This document shows positions 8,401 to 17,385 of a stretch of DNA of 61,866 bases, one piece after another (the first letter of the stretch is position 1; every line of letters begins with the position of its first letter). This stretch comes from Kiritimatiellia bacterium (GTDB lineage Bacteria; Verrucomicrobiota; Kiritimatiellia; RFP12; UBA1067). Under the pieces are notes generated by a model. It ran no database searches, was not told the origin of the DNA, and saw only the letters and a list, made by a program, of their open reading frames with translations. Both the position numbers and the translations under genes were made by a program. Location of the stretch: the NCBI GenBank assembly GCA_045628545.1, contig JAZQPI010000064.1, positions 1 through 61,866 of the forward strand, given 5' to 3'.

Positions 8401-9367
8401 ACTTCGGCATGATCGGATCGGAGTTGAGCTCGTATGCCTCGACCCGGTCCGCCACCTCCTGCGTCGCGGCGACCGTCTCGGGACGGTCGGGGAAAAGCGC
8501 GAGCATCTCCTCTTCGGTCTTGAAATACTCCTGACCCGTGTAGATCATCCGGTCCGGATCGGACATCTTCGTGCCGGTGGAGAGCGCGAGCAGCACATCG
8601 TGCGAATCATCGTCCTCCTTGTCGAGAAAGTGAACGTCGTTCGTCGCGATGACGCGGATTCCGAGCCGCTTGCCGAGGTCCGCCACCGCGTCCGCCACCT
8701 TCTTCTGGCGCACGTACAGCTCCTGCATCTCGAGCACCGTCTCGTCCGACACGAGTTCGGTGACGTTGCCTTCGTCGTCCGTGATCCGCCGCGGCGTCTT
8801 CTCGGTCTTGTGCAGCATGATCTCCAGCGAATAGTCGTCGCCGAAAAGCCGCTGATACCACCGCGCGACCTCCTCCGCCTTCGCCGGGTTGTTCCCGCCC
8901 TTCACGCTGTCGTCGAGATAATAGGCGACCTCGCCGGCGATGCAGGCCGACGAACAGAGCAGCCCCTCGTGATACCGCTCCAGCAGCGCATGGTCGATGC
9001 GGGCGTAATGGTAGAAGCCGTTGATGCGCGCCTCGGACATCAGCCGGACGAGGTTGTGGTAGCCGACGAGGTTCTTCGCGTGCAAACAGAGGTGGAAGCG
9101 GCGCTCCTTGAGTCCGGGATGCTCGTGGAAGTAGTCGTGCCGTTCGCGATAGTCGTGATCGACCACATACGCCTCGACACCGAGGATCGGCTTGACGCCC
9201 TGCTTGCGGCATTCGTCGTAAAAGGCCTTGAGCGCGAAAAGGTTGCCGTGATCGGTGACCGCGAGCGAGGTCATGCCGAGCTGCTTCGCGCGGCTTACGA
9301 GCGGACCGATCTGGCACTGGCCGTCCAGCAGCGAATAGGTGGTGTGGAGATGGAGGTGGGTGAACAT
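5402..9367 (-). CDS. dnaE: DNA polymerase III alpha subunit
   Basis: PHP domain start MFTHLHLHTTYSLLDG, a full-length (1321 aa) DnaE-like sequence, and an OB fold near the C-terminus. Confidence 0.97.
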   Translation of the reverse strand: MFTHLHLHTTYSLLDGQCQIGPLVSRAKQLGMTSLAVTDHGNLFALKAFYDECRKQGVKPILGVEAYVVDHDYRERHDYFHEHPGLKERRFHLCLHAKNLVGYHNLVRLMSEARINGFYHYARIDHALLERYHEGLLCSSACIAGEVAYYLDDSVKGGNNPAKAEEVARWYQRLFGDDYSLEIMLHKTEKTPRRITDDEGNVTELVSDETVLEMQELYVRQKKVADAVADLGKRLGIRVIATNDVHFLDKEDDDSHDVLLALSTGTKMSDPDRMIYTGQEYFKTEEEMLALFPDRPETVAATQEVADRVEAYELNSDPIMPKFPIPESFGTEEDYAKRFTEQQLRDEFNTEEKPKNFERLGGYEKVLRIKFEADYLQHLVYAGAKRRWGDPLPKETRERVDFELGVIKTMGFPGYFLIVNDYIDNARKMGVWVGPGRGSAAGAAVAYALGITNVDPLKYDLLFERFLNPDRISMPDIDVDFDDAGRGKVLEFVTRKYGQDHVAHIVTFGQMAAKSVIKDVGRVMGYPLAETNKLAGLVPETPKITFKKATSEKDKNGQPNGDYSSGLVEAFNSADPTVHLLMERARRLEGGMRQPGVHACGVIISRDPLIETLPVMPTEGESLLTTQYDGHFVEPVGLLKMDFLGLKTLTVEKECVSILGPNNPRVPPELRGADGCLNPDLIPDDDRETYELFGRGETTGLFQFESDGMKKWLIALKPSRLTDLVAMNALYRPGPMEYIPTFVRRKSGEEEIKYDHPLMEKYLKDTYGVCVYQEQVMLLSRLLGGFTRGMSDKLRKAMGKKQLAVMEELKAKFEDGCLKNPEFRVGKWADEQEARVLVDKIWNDWRAFASYAFNKSHAVCYAWVAYQTGFMKAHYPAEFMCAQISSEIGNFDKLPGFVAEAQEMGLELRLPDVNESGSRFVPTPDAKGIRYGLSGIKGVGAAGDLIVEERRKNGPYVGFLDFCLRLAGTSACNKRVLENLTRTGAFSAFETNRAKLYNNIEFALKLSQQKAKERQSSQATFFDLMAEGGKEVVSDAELADTPSFSPAEDLKNEREFLGVYVSGHPLQACAKVIADVGTFRLSQLVDTATLDALVKAQPEDKWKKKSNPNLKNPVALRHLDVRICAQLTGCTVKMGKPRPDGTPGQPWAILQVDDGSGTLDAFCFAKAWSHSEALAGAVDQLVVLCGEISRRVNYGKDDKVEKRSPDVGDYNFTVREAYPLEAALPHLSKGLTVRFDFAAPGLRDELTRLKAAADAHPGHFPLFLRFVYPSGQVVTVDTNVRVACTISFLSQLAKVVPMARTDFDCNDKVYLAPPEPKPWER

Positions 9368-9375
9368 GCCGCCCG

Positions 9376-12300
9376 TCACCTCCTGACCGACTCCAGCCGC
9401 GCCCGCGCCTTCGGAGAAAGGGTCTTGTAGCCGAACCGCCGCGCCGTCTCGCGATATAGCGTGTCGCGTTCGCACCGGCCGAGGTCGCGTTCGACCGCGT
9501 CCATTTCCGCCCGGATCCGGTCGTTCGACACGGTGTCGAGGTCGGTCCGCGGCGTTTCCTCGGCAACGGCCGCGCGTCGCCGCGGGAACGTCACCTTCGT
9601 CTCGACTTTCGGCTCGGGCAGAAGTCCGCCCGGCGTGCGCGCGATCTCGTCCAGTTCGCGCAAGAGCCGCGCTTCGGCGCGCGGACGGTCAAGCGCCCAG
9701 TCCGCCGCCCAGACGCGCAGCGTGTTCCAGCCGAGCGAACGGAGCACGGACGCTCGCAGCGCGTCGCGGTCGCGGACCGTCAGCGCCGCCGCATAGGCGT
9801 CGCCGTCGCATTCGATCGCCGCCATAAACGACCCTTTCGCCTTCGGATCGCCGACGCCGACGTCGATGCGGTAGCCGGAACAGCCGACGTTCCGCTGCAC
9901 CGCATAGCCGCGGTCGGAAAGGAACGACGCCACCTCGTCCGCGAAAGCGTCCCGCGTCCGTTCCGCCGACTCCGCCGCCGACGGCGCGCCGCCGCGTTCG
10001 GCGTATTCGAGGAACGCCTTGAGATGGGCCGCGCCGACCGCCGAGGTCCGCGAGAGATCGATTTCCGCGCTGTGGCAGGACGAGAAGACGACGACCTGCT
10101 CCTTCGCGCGCGTCACCGCGACGTTGAGCCGCCGTTCGCCGCCCGCGCGGTTGAGCGGACCGAAGTTCATGAGGAACTTGCCGTCCGCGCCCTTCGCGTA
10201 GCCGATGCTGAAGAGGATCGCGTCACGCTCGTCGCCCTGCACGTTCTCAAGGTTCTTGACGAAGAACGGCTCCTCGCCGTCCGCGGCAAAATAGTCCTCG
10301 AAGCGCGGATCGGCGGCCCGGCGTTCCTCGAAGAGGTCTTCGATGAGGTCGCGCTGGGCGGTGGAGAAAGTGACAATGCCTACGCTCCGGCGCTTCCAGT
10401 CCGGATCCGCCAGCCGCGCGAAGACGTAGTCTACCAGCGCCTTCGCCTCGACCGGATTCGTCCGCGCCGTGCGCGCGCCATAAACGCCGTCCGCCACGAA
10501 GACATGCCGAACGCCGAGCTGCGGCGGCGATTTCGCCGCTGGGAACGTGAGCAGGCGGTCGTCATAGTAGTTATGGTTCGAAAACGCGATCAGCGACTCG
10601 TGGCGGCTGCGGTAATGCCAGTTCAGATGGGACGAAGGCAGCCCCGCGGCGAGGCACTCGTCGAGGATGCTTTCAAGATCCGTCTCGTCGTCGTCCTCTT
10701 CCGACGCCTCCGTCTCGCCCTTGCGGAAGAAGTCCGTCGGCGGCATCTGGCGCGGATCGCCGACGACCACGCACTGCTTCGCGCGGGCAATCACGCCAAC
10801 CGCGTCCCACACCGGAATCTGCGACGCCTCGTCGAACACCACCAGATCAAACGACGCCTCCGCGGGCAGATACTGCGAAACGGAAAGTGGACTCATGAGG
10901 AAACAGGGCTTGAGCGCGCCGATCACGCCGCGCGTCTCCGCCAGCAGACGGCGCACGGGCCGCTGACGGGACTTCTTGGCGCACTCCCGCCGCAGAATCC
11001 CCAGCTCGCAGCCTTCGGGGCAGTCCCCGAGACGGCCGCCGGGCAGCTTCGCCGCCAGCCGTGCGCAAACCGCATACTGCGTCAGCGCGGCGTATTCGGC
11101 GTCGATCCGACGGAACGCGACGAGGTGCTCCTCGCGCCGCAGGCCGGCGAAATCGGCGAGCGTCGGCTCGTCGGCCAGAATCTCATCCAGCGTCTTCGCC
11201 GCCAGGGAGCGATTGAAAGCAGACTCCAGGTCCGCGGCGGAAAACGCGCCCGCCTCCAGCGTGTCGGCGAGTTCGGGACCGATCGCCTCCGTCAGCTCGT
11301 CGCGAGTCGCGCGATAGCGCATCACGTCGCGGGACTCGCCGAGATGCGCCTTCGCCGCCTGAAGTTCGGCGGGGAAGGCGCGGCCGAACGCCCGCCATCC
11401 CCAGCCAGTGAACAGGCCGGCGAGGCCGCGAATCGGACGCGACTTCGCCAACAGCGAGTCAATGCGGGCGGCCGCATCGCGTTCCGCCGCCGGCGTCCAG
11501 TCGAAGCGCTTGAGCACGGCGAGCGAACGCACCGCCTCGGCCGAGGTCGAGCACCAGTCCGCTCCGAGCCGGCGCACGAGTTCTCCGAGCCGCGAGACCT
11601 CCTCCTCCGTCCGGTCCGAACAGCGGCCCTTGACCGCGACCGGCGCGGGGCCGCCCGCGATGCGGCTCGCGAAGCAGTCGTAGGCTGACAGGCCGTTCGG
11701 ACGACGGCGGTGCAGCGCCGCCACGGGTCCGTCCAGCGCCTCGCGGTACTTGTCGATTTCGACGACCGTCCGCTCCCATTCGTTGGGGACGCCGCGGTCG
11801 ACGAAGTCGAGGACTTCGCGGATCTGGGCCATCACCTCGGCCTTGCCCGCCGCGGCGGAATGCAGCTCCAGGCAGAACGGCTTGAGCCCGATCTTCGACA
11901 GCCGGCGGTGAACGACGTCAAGCGCCGCCTTCTTCTCCGCGACGAACAGCACCTTGCGTCCAAGCGCCAGGTTGTGCGCGATGAGGTTGGTGATCGTCTG
12001 GGACTTGCCCGTGCCGGGCGGACCGTGCAGGACGAAGGACTTGCCGAGCGCCGAATAGAGGACCGCCGTCAGCTGCGACGAGTCCGCCGAAAGCGGACAG
12101 AAAAGCCGCAAGTAGTCGATGTGGGAGCCGACTTCCTCCGGCGGAAAGACCTCGACGCCGTCGTCGAAGCTGCCGCCGCCGCGCATGAGGTGCGAGACGA
12201 ACGGATGCGCCGAAAGCTGTTCGGCGCGGGCGGAAAGGTCCTTCCACATGACGAACTTGCCGAACGAGAAATAGCCGAGCGCGGCACCGTCCTCGACCGC

Positions 12301-12903
12301 CCAGCCGTCAAGACCGCGGACGGCCTCGCGAAACGCCTGCAGCACGCAGTCGACCGCCACACCGTTAGCGTCCTCGGGGAGCGGATCCACCCCCGCGACC
12401 GAAATGCCGAACTCCGCGCGCAAAAGCTCCAGCAGCGTCGCGTTGAGCTCCGTCTCGCCGTCAAACCGCGTCAGCGCGAAGCCGGCGTTCGCGCCGCCCT
12501 TGCGCGAAAGCCCGACGGGCACGAGCAGCAGCGGAGCGCGGCAGTCCTTGGCGTCCGCGCCCTTCGGACGCCACTTCAGCTGGCCGACGGCGAGATAGAG
12601 CGCGTTCATGCCCGTCTCTTCAAGCTGGGTGCGGGCGAGGCGCGAAAGCTCCTTCAGCCGGCGCGCGGTCTCCGCTTCGGTCAGCGAGGTGCGCAGCGAA
12701 CCGGTCGTGCGGGCCTTCGCCTCGGCGCTTTCGACGGCCACGGACTCGCCGGCGGCCAGCCGGTCTTCGAGTTCGCCAAGCGCGATCGGTTCGAGCGGCA
12801 GCAGCTGCCGCGAGTCGCGCATGTTCAGAAGGCGGTTGCGCAAAGAGAGGTCGAGCAGCTTCTGCGTCCACCGCGTCACTCTGTCCCTCGACTTCGTCTC
12901 CAT
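9376..12903 (-). CDS. DUF4011 / SF1 (Upf1-like AAA_11/AAA_12) helicase with C-terminal restriction-endonuclease-like (DUF559/MTES_1575-type) and DUF3320 domains
   Basis: Start METKSRDRVTRWTQKLLDLSLRNRLLN with SD gggagga. Helicase motifs GPPGTGKSQT, VVFDEASQ, VVVGDPRQMPPT, YRSRHESL, QGDERD and VAVTRAK. The REase-like block is GYRIDVGV...AIECDG...RDRDALR...LGWNTLRVW. Confidence 0.85.
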   Translation of the reverse strand: METKSRDRVTRWTQKLLDLSLRNRLLNMRDSRQLLPLEPIALGELEDRLAAGESVAVESAEAKARTTGSLRTSLTEAETARRLKELSRLARTQLEETGMNALYLAVGQLKWRPKGADAKDCRAPLLLVPVGLSRKGGANAGFALTRFDGETELNATLLELLRAEFGISVAGVDPLPEDANGVAVDCVLQAFREAVRGLDGWAVEDGAALGYFSFGKFVMWKDLSARAEQLSAHPFVSHLMRGGGSFDDGVEVFPPEEVGSHIDYLRLFCPLSADSSQLTAVLYSALGKSFVLHGPPGTGKSQTITNLIAHNLALGRKVLFVAEKKAALDVVHRRLSKIGLKPFCLELHSAAAGKAEVMAQIREVLDFVDRGVPNEWERTVVEIDKYREALDGPVAALHRRRPNGLSAYDCFASRIAGGPAPVAVKGRCSDRTEEEVSRLGELVRRLGADWCSTSAEAVRSLAVLKRFDWTPAAERDAAARIDSLLAKSRPIRGLAGLFTGWGWRAFGRAFPAELQAAKAHLGESRDVMRYRATRDELTEAIGPELADTLEAGAFSAADLESAFNRSLAAKTLDEILADEPTLADFAGLRREEHLVAFRRIDAEYAALTQYAVCARLAAKLPGGRLGDCPEGCELGILRRECAKKSRQRPVRRLLAETRGVIGALKPCFLMSPLSVSQYLPAEASFDLVVFDEASQIPVWDAVGVIARAKQCVVVGDPRQMPPTDFFRKGETEASEEDDDETDLESILDECLAAGLPSSHLNWHYRSRHESLIAFSNHNYYDDRLLTFPAAKSPPQLGVRHVFVADGVYGARTARTNPVEAKALVDYVFARLADPDWKRRSVGIVTFSTAQRDLIEDLFEERRAADPRFEDYFAADGEEPFFVKNLENVQGDERDAILFSIGYAKGADGKFLMNFGPLNRAGGERRLNVAVTRAKEQVVVFSSCHSAEIDLSRTSAVGAAHLKAFLEYAERGGAPSAAESAERTRDAFADEVASFLSDRGYAVQRNVGCSGYRIDVGVGDPKAKGSFMAAIECDGDAYAAALTVRDRDALRASVLRSLGWNTLRVWAADWALDRPRAEARLLRELDEIARTPGGLLPEPKVETKVTFPRRRAAVAEETPRTDLDTVSNDRIRAEMDAVERDLGRCERDTLYRETARRFGYKTLSPKARARLESVRR

Positions 12904-12941
12904 GTTCCGTCCTCCCGTTTTCACCGTCGCCGTCCGACGGC

Positions 12942-14111
12942 TCAGTCCTTCCCCAGCATACTGCCGATCCGGCTGACTGCAAGACGGATCTTGTCCATCG
13001 ACGTCGCGTAGCTCATCCGCACGAAGCCCGCGCCGCAGCGTCCGAACGCCGAGCCCGGCACGCAGGCGACGCCGTGCTCCTTCAGCAGCTTGAGCGCAAA
13101 CGTCTCGTCGTCCAGACCGGTCGAACGGACGTCGACGAAAAGGTAGAACGCACCCTGCGGCATCAGCGTCCGGAGTCCGAGCGCGTTCAGCGCGGGCACG
13201 AGGAAGTCGCGTCGGCGGCGGTATTCCGCGCGCATGTGCGCGACGTCGCGGTCGCCGTGGTCCATCGCCTCCACGCCAGCCGCCTGCGACAGCGTCGGCG
13301 CGGACATGATGCCGTACTGGTGAATCTTCATCATCGCGTCGATCACGTCCGTCGGACCGCAGGCGTAGCCCAGGCGGTAGCCAGTCATCGCCCAGGACTT
13401 CGAAAAGCCGTTCAGGAGGATCACGCGGTCGCGGTACTCGGGGAAAGAAGTGAAGGAGATGAGCTGTTCGTCGTCCGGCACCGTATAGTTCAGCTCCGAA
13501 TACACCTCGTCCGCCAAAAGCAGCAGGTCGTGCCGCTTCACGAACTCGAGAATCGCCAGCATGTCGCCGCGGTCGAGCGTCGCGCCCGTGGGATTGCACG
13601 GAAAGTTCAGCAGCAGCGCCTTCGTGCGCGGCGTCACCTTCCGCTCCAGGGCCTCGACCGTCAGCCGGAAGGCGTCCTCGACGCGCGTCTCGACCGCGAC
13701 GGGGACCGCGTGCGCGAGCCGCACGGTCGGCGCGTAGCTCACGAAACACGGCTCGTGGTAAAGGACCTCGTCGCCCGGCGAACAGATCGCGCGGATCGCG
13801 AGGTCGATCGCCTCCGAGACGCCGACGGTGACCAGAACCTCGTGCTGCCAGTCGAACGAGGCCGCGAAACGGCGCTCGAGATAGCGGACGATCGCCTGGC
13901 GGAGGGCCGGCGTGCCGAGATTCGAGGTGTAGTGAGTCCCGCCGTCCTCCAGACAGGTCACGGCCGCGCTCGATATGTGCCAGGGCGTGTCGAAGTCCGG
14001 CTCGCCGACGCCGAGGGAGACGATGTCCTTCGACTGCGCGACGATGTCGAAGAACTTGCGGATGCCGCTTTTCGGCAGTTCGGCGACGTGTCTGGCGACC
14101 CGTTCGCTCAC
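12942..14111 (-). CDS. Class I/II pyridoxal-phosphate aminotransferase (aspartate/aromatic type)
   Basis: SGIRKFFD, LGVGEPDFDTP and SKSWAMTGYRLGY (PLP lysine). GTG start overlapping the upstream stop (GTGA). Confidence 0.9.
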   Translation of the reverse strand: MSERVARHVAELPKSGIRKFFDIVAQSKDIVSLGVGEPDFDTPWHISSAAVTCLEDGGTHYTSNLGTPALRQAIVRYLERRFAASFDWQHEVLVTVGVSEAIDLAIRAICSPGDEVLYHEPCFVSYAPTVRLAHAVPVAVETRVEDAFRLTVEALERKVTPRTKALLLNFPCNPTGATLDRGDMLAILEFVKRHDLLLLADEVYSELNYTVPDDEQLISFTSFPEYRDRVILLNGFSKSWAMTGYRLGYACGPTDVIDAMMKIHQYGIMSAPTLSQAAGVEAMDHGDRDVAHMRAEYRRRRDFLVPALNALGLRTLMPQGAFYLFVDVRSTGLDDETFALKLLKEHGVACVPGSAFGRCGAGFVRMSYATSMDKIRLAVSRIGSMLGKD

Positions 14112-15277
14112 GCCCGCACCAGCTCCTCGGCCAGCTGCTCGATCTGCGCCTCGGACGCGGCGTTCAGCGCACCGCGCACCGTCACGACCGGCTCGACGAA
14201 CGAAAGGCCCTTGCAGGGTTCGAGCAGTCCGCGCATGACGCGCGCCGCCAGCGGCGCCCAGGTCCCGTTCTCGACCAGGGCGACCCGGCGGTTCTGATAG
14301 GCGCGTTCGACCAGATGGCTGATGAACGTGCGCATGAAGGGAAAGATCTCGCCGTTGTAGGTCGTCGTCGCCAGCACGACAGTGCCGTAGCGAAAAGCGT
14401 CCTCGACCGTCTCGAACATCTCGTCGCGCGCGAGGTCCGCGACGACGACCTTCGGACAGCCCTTCGCCTTGAGCGCCGCCGCCAGTTTCTCGACCGCGGC
14501 GCGGGTGTGTCCGTAAACCGAAGTGTAGGCGATCAGCACGCCCGGGGACTCCACCGCGTAGGACGACCAGGTCTGATACTGTCCGACGGCGTGGGCGATC
14601 TCCTCCGGCGTCGCCAGGACGGGTCCGTGGAGCGGACAGATCGTGCGGATGTCGAGCGTCGCGGCCTTCTTCAGAAGGGCCTGGACCTGCGGACCGAACT
14701 TGCCGACGATGCCGATGTAGTAGCGGCGGGCTTCGCAGTCCCAGCCCTCCGGATCGACCACGTCGTTCGCGCCGAACTTGCCGAAGCCGTCGGCGGAGAA
14801 GAGGACGCCGTCGGTCTTGTCGTAGGTGACGATCACTTCGGGCCAGTGGACCATCGGCGCGGCGACGAACGCGAACGCGTGCCGCCCGGTCTTCAGTTCG
14901 TCCCCTTCCTTGACGACGAGCCGCCGCGTCTCGAACGCGGTGCCGAAGTAGTTCTGCATCATCACGAACGCCGGCGCGGAAGAGACGATCGTCGCCGCGG
15001 GGAATTCGGCCGCGAAACGGGCGACGTTCGCCGAATGGTCCGGCTCCATGTGCTGCACGACGAGGTAGTCAGGCTGACGGCCGTCCAGCTCGCGGCGGAG
15101 GTTGGCGAGCCACTCGTCGCCGAAGGCCGCGTCGACGGTGTCGAACACGGTCAGCTTCTCGTCGCGCACGAGATAGGAATTGTAGGACATGCCGCGCGGC
15201 ACGGGATACTGTCCCTCGAAAAGATCCACCTTGTGGTCATTGACCCCGACATAAAGGATATCGTCCGTAATCTTCAT
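14108..15277 (-). CDS. FprA-family flavodiiron protein (metallo-beta-lactamase fold plus flavodoxin domain)
   Basis: YNSYLV, HMEPDHS and a C-terminal flavodoxin-like region (VLIAYTSVYGHT). Confidence 0.9.
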   Translation of the reverse strand: MKITDDILYVGVNDHKVDLFEGQYPVPRGMSYNSYLVRDEKLTVFDTVDAAFGDEWLANLRRELDGRQPDYLVVQHMEPDHSANVARFAAEFPAATIVSSAPAFVMMQNYFGTAFETRRLVVKEGDELKTGRHAFAFVAAPMVHWPEVIVTYDKTDGVLFSADGFGKFGANDVVDPEGWDCEARRYYIGIVGKFGPQVQALLKKAATLDIRTICPLHGPVLATPEEIAHAVGQYQTWSSYAVESPGVLIAYTSVYGHTRAAVEKLAAALKAKGCPKVVVADLARDEMFETVEDAFRYGTVVLATTTYNGEIFPFMRTFISHLVERAYQNRRVALVENGTWAPLAARVMRGLLEPCKGLSFVEPVVTVRGALNAASEAQIEQLAEELVRA

Positions 15278-15344
15278 TGTCTGTCCGTCCTATCTATTCC
15301 ATTGTATGTGAGACCGCCGCACGACAGCCGTCGAACGCGCCCGC

Positions 15345-16973
15345 TTACGGCTTGCCGAAGTGGCGGTTGTAATAGGCGTTAAACGCATAATACATGATGT
15401 TCACGCCCAGGCGGTAAGCCTGCTCCGCGACCTCGGCCGACGCGCCGGAATGACCGTCCTTCCAGGCGTCGTTGATGTCGCCGGGATGGTAGAAGACGGC
15501 CAGCCGGTCGCCGACGCGCACGCCCTTCGCCCGCGTGCCGTCGTGGTGCCAGAACGGCGGCGCACCGTCCGGGAAGCGGAACGGCTGCTGGAAGATCGGA
15601 TCGTCGTTCGGAATGTCGATCAGCGGCTTGTCGGGGAAGATGCGCTTGACGAGCTGACGGACCGCGCCGCCGAAATTGCCGCCGCCGTTGTCGATGAAGA
15701 GCATGCCGCCTTCGTCGACGAGATAGGTGCGCAGCGCCTTGATTTCGGCGCCCGACACGTTAAGCCCCCGCGAACCCGTGAGGAAGACGAACGGCGGCGC
15801 GTAGTGCTTCGGGAACATCCCGAGCCGCGCGATCGGACGCGACTCCGTGTCCTTCGCGATCGGGAAGCCCGTCAGCTTGTTGAACCGGAGCAGCAGATTG
15901 TAGTCGGAACCCTTGCCCATGTCCTGATCCCAGTCGCCGCCAGCGTATTCCAGCCGGATGAAGCGGACCTTCGCGTCCTTCATGCCCTTCGGCCAGCCGC
16001 CGGTGTTGCCGCCGCCCGCGCCCAGCTTCTTCTTCGACGTGTTCTGGTCGGCGACATACTCGTCCTGCGTGTCCTCCAGCATCTCGTCGAGGGTCTTCAT
16101 GTCGTCGATCTTCGCCCGCTCGAAGATGTAGGGGCTCCAGGCGTTGAGGACGTACTTCTTTTTCTTCTTTTCCTTCTTGACCTTCTTGATCTTCACCACC
16201 TGCGTCTCCGGCGCGCCCGAACCCTGGACGAGACCGTACGGATCCTCCCACCCGCAGCCCTTGAAGATAAACGGCGCGACCAGCACGAACACGACGACGC
16301 CGATCGCCCAGTACCACGACGTGCGGTAACGCGGATCGCGTCCGCCCGTGCGGAAGCCGCTCAGGATCGTGTCGGCCGTCTCGCCGCCGCCGATCGAATA
16401 GAAGCGCCGCACGCTCGAAAGCGAAAGCGCGAGCAGCATCACGAGGCCGAACACGGCGACGACGGCGGTCACCCCGAGCGCGGCGGTCCAGATCGCGTTA
16501 CGCGAAAGCTTGTCGAAAACCTTGTAGTCGGCCGCGCACAGCGCGCCCGGCGCGGCGAACGCGAAGCGCACCGCCCCCAGCACCGCGAGCGCCCAGGCCG
16601 CGTAGGCGGCCTCCATGAGGCGGTAGACGAGACGGATCCGGAGCCAGGCCGCCACGGCCGCCAGAAGGCAGAACGCCGCGACCCCCTTCGCGAGCAGCGC
16701 GTACTTGAAGCCGCCCGCCCATTCGCCGCTCTTCTCCAAAAGGCGCATCTGCGCGTCGTCGAAAGCCGCCCACCCCGTGAAGCCCTTCGGAATAAAGCTG
16801 CCGAACGCAAACGCGACAAGGGCCATCAGCAGGAACCCGACCGTCAGCCGCAGCCGCAGCGGCACCTTGCCGGACTTGTCCCACAGCCACCCCAGCGAAC
16901 CGCCGACATAACGGGCGATCGCGTCGTGAAGCCAGGAGAAAACCCTGAAGAGGATATCAGAGATCCAACTCAT
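15345..16973 (-). CDS. Polytopic membrane protein with poly-Lys linker and C-terminal DUF4159 domain
   Basis: About 260 aa of TM helices, then KIKKVKKEKKKKK, then RLEYAGGDWDQD...PFVFLTGSRG...GGMLFIDNGGG...IFQQPF...VFYHPGDINDAW. The ATG at 16973 is preferred over the TTG at 17003. Confidence 0.75.
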   Translation of the reverse strand: MSWISDILFRVFSWLHDAIARYVGGSLGWLWDKSGKVPLRLRLTVGFLLMALVAFAFGSFIPKGFTGWAAFDDAQMRLLEKSGEWAGGFKYALLAKGVAAFCLLAAVAAWLRIRLVYRLMEAAYAAWALAVLGAVRFAFAAPGALCAADYKVFDKLSRNAIWTAALGVTAVVAVFGLVMLLALSLSSVRRFYSIGGGETADTILSGFRTGGRDPRYRTSWYWAIGVVVFVLVAPFIFKGCGWEDPYGLVQGSGAPETQVVKIKKVKKEKKKKKYVLNAWSPYIFERAKIDDMKTLDEMLEDTQDEYVADQNTSKKKLGAGGGNTGGWPKGMKDAKVRFIRLEYAGGDWDQDMGKGSDYNLLLRFNKLTGFPIAKDTESRPIARLGMFPKHYAPPFVFLTGSRGLNVSGAEIKALRTYLVDEGGMLFIDNGGGNFGGAVRQLVKRIFPDKPLIDIPNDDPIFQQPFRFPDGAPPFWHHDGTRAKGVRVGDRLAVFYHPGDINDAWKDGHSGASAEVAEQAYRLGVNIMYYAFNAYYNRHFGKP

Positions 16974-17385
16974 CGAGGTCGAAATTCTTCGCGGGCTTTT
17001 CAATCTGATTGTCGAGCGGAGTCTCCGGACGCTTCGGCTGGGCCGTTTCGGCCGGCGGCTTCGGCGCGTCCGGGGCCTTCGCCTCGGGCTTCGCCGCCTT
17101 CGGCGCGGCAGCCGCAGCCGCCTTCGCCTCTTCGGCCTTCGCCGCCGCGGCGGCCTCCGCGGCCTTTGCGGCCTCGGCCTTCGCCGCCTCCTTCTCCAGG
17201 ACCTTGATCTGGTTCGGCGCGTGTACGCCCCACTTGGCCCACGAGGCGAAAAGCCCGAAGGACGTCAGGCCGATCAAGAGGACGTGCCCGATCGTCGAGA
17301 TCATGATGTCGGAGCCCATCGAGGGCTTCGTGATCGGCTTGAGCAGGGCGTCCGGGTCAATGTTTTCCATATCCATGGCTGTCAC
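16957..17385 (-). CDS. TolA/TonB-like membrane anchor with Ala/Lys/Glu/Pro-rich extension and no recognisable C-terminal domain
   Basis: One TM helix (MISTIGHVLLIGLTSFGLFASW) followed by EKEAAKAEAAKAAEAAAAAKAEEAK...PKPPAET. GTG start in a GTGA overlap with the exbD stop (alternative ATG at 17376). Confidence 0.6.
   Translation of the reverse strand: MTAMDMENIDPDALLKPITKPSMGSDIMISTIGHVLLIGLTSFGLFASWAKWGVHAPNQIKVLEKEAAKAEAAKAAEAAAAAKAEEAKAAAAAAPKAAKPEAKAPDAPKPPAETAQPKRPETPLDNQIEKPAKNFDLDELDL

Noticed and set aside
5390-9430. 1346-aa ORF on the plus strand
   Set aside because: It is exactly antisense to dnaE. The translation is Arg/Ala/Gly/Val-rich with no motifs, which is the typical shadow ORF of a high-GC genome.
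9376-13749. N-terminal 282-aa extension of the helicase ORF, and the analogous extensions of 2084-4270, 4542-5519, 5402-9475, 27550-28980 and 54173-55516
   Set aside because: The extensions overlap the upstream genes, are Arg/Gly/Pro-rich, and good internal ATG plus SD or overlap-coupled starts coincide with the conserved N-termini.
16155-16197. Poly-Lys coding tract (ctt/ttt-rich) in the DUF4159 gene as a phase-variation slippage site
   Set aside because: The tract consists of mixed AAG/AAA/GAA codons rather than a long homopolymer. The longest single-base run is short, so slippage-based switching is unlikely.
15360-17207. 615-aa plus-strand ORF, and similar long antisense ORFs (for example 41568-43148, 44864-45997, 22194-23582, 27493-28953, 46031-46981, 58142-59614)
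   Set aside because: All lie opposite well-supported genes. They lack start context and recognisable domains and have the Arg/Pro/Gly-rich composition expected from GC-rich antisense frames.
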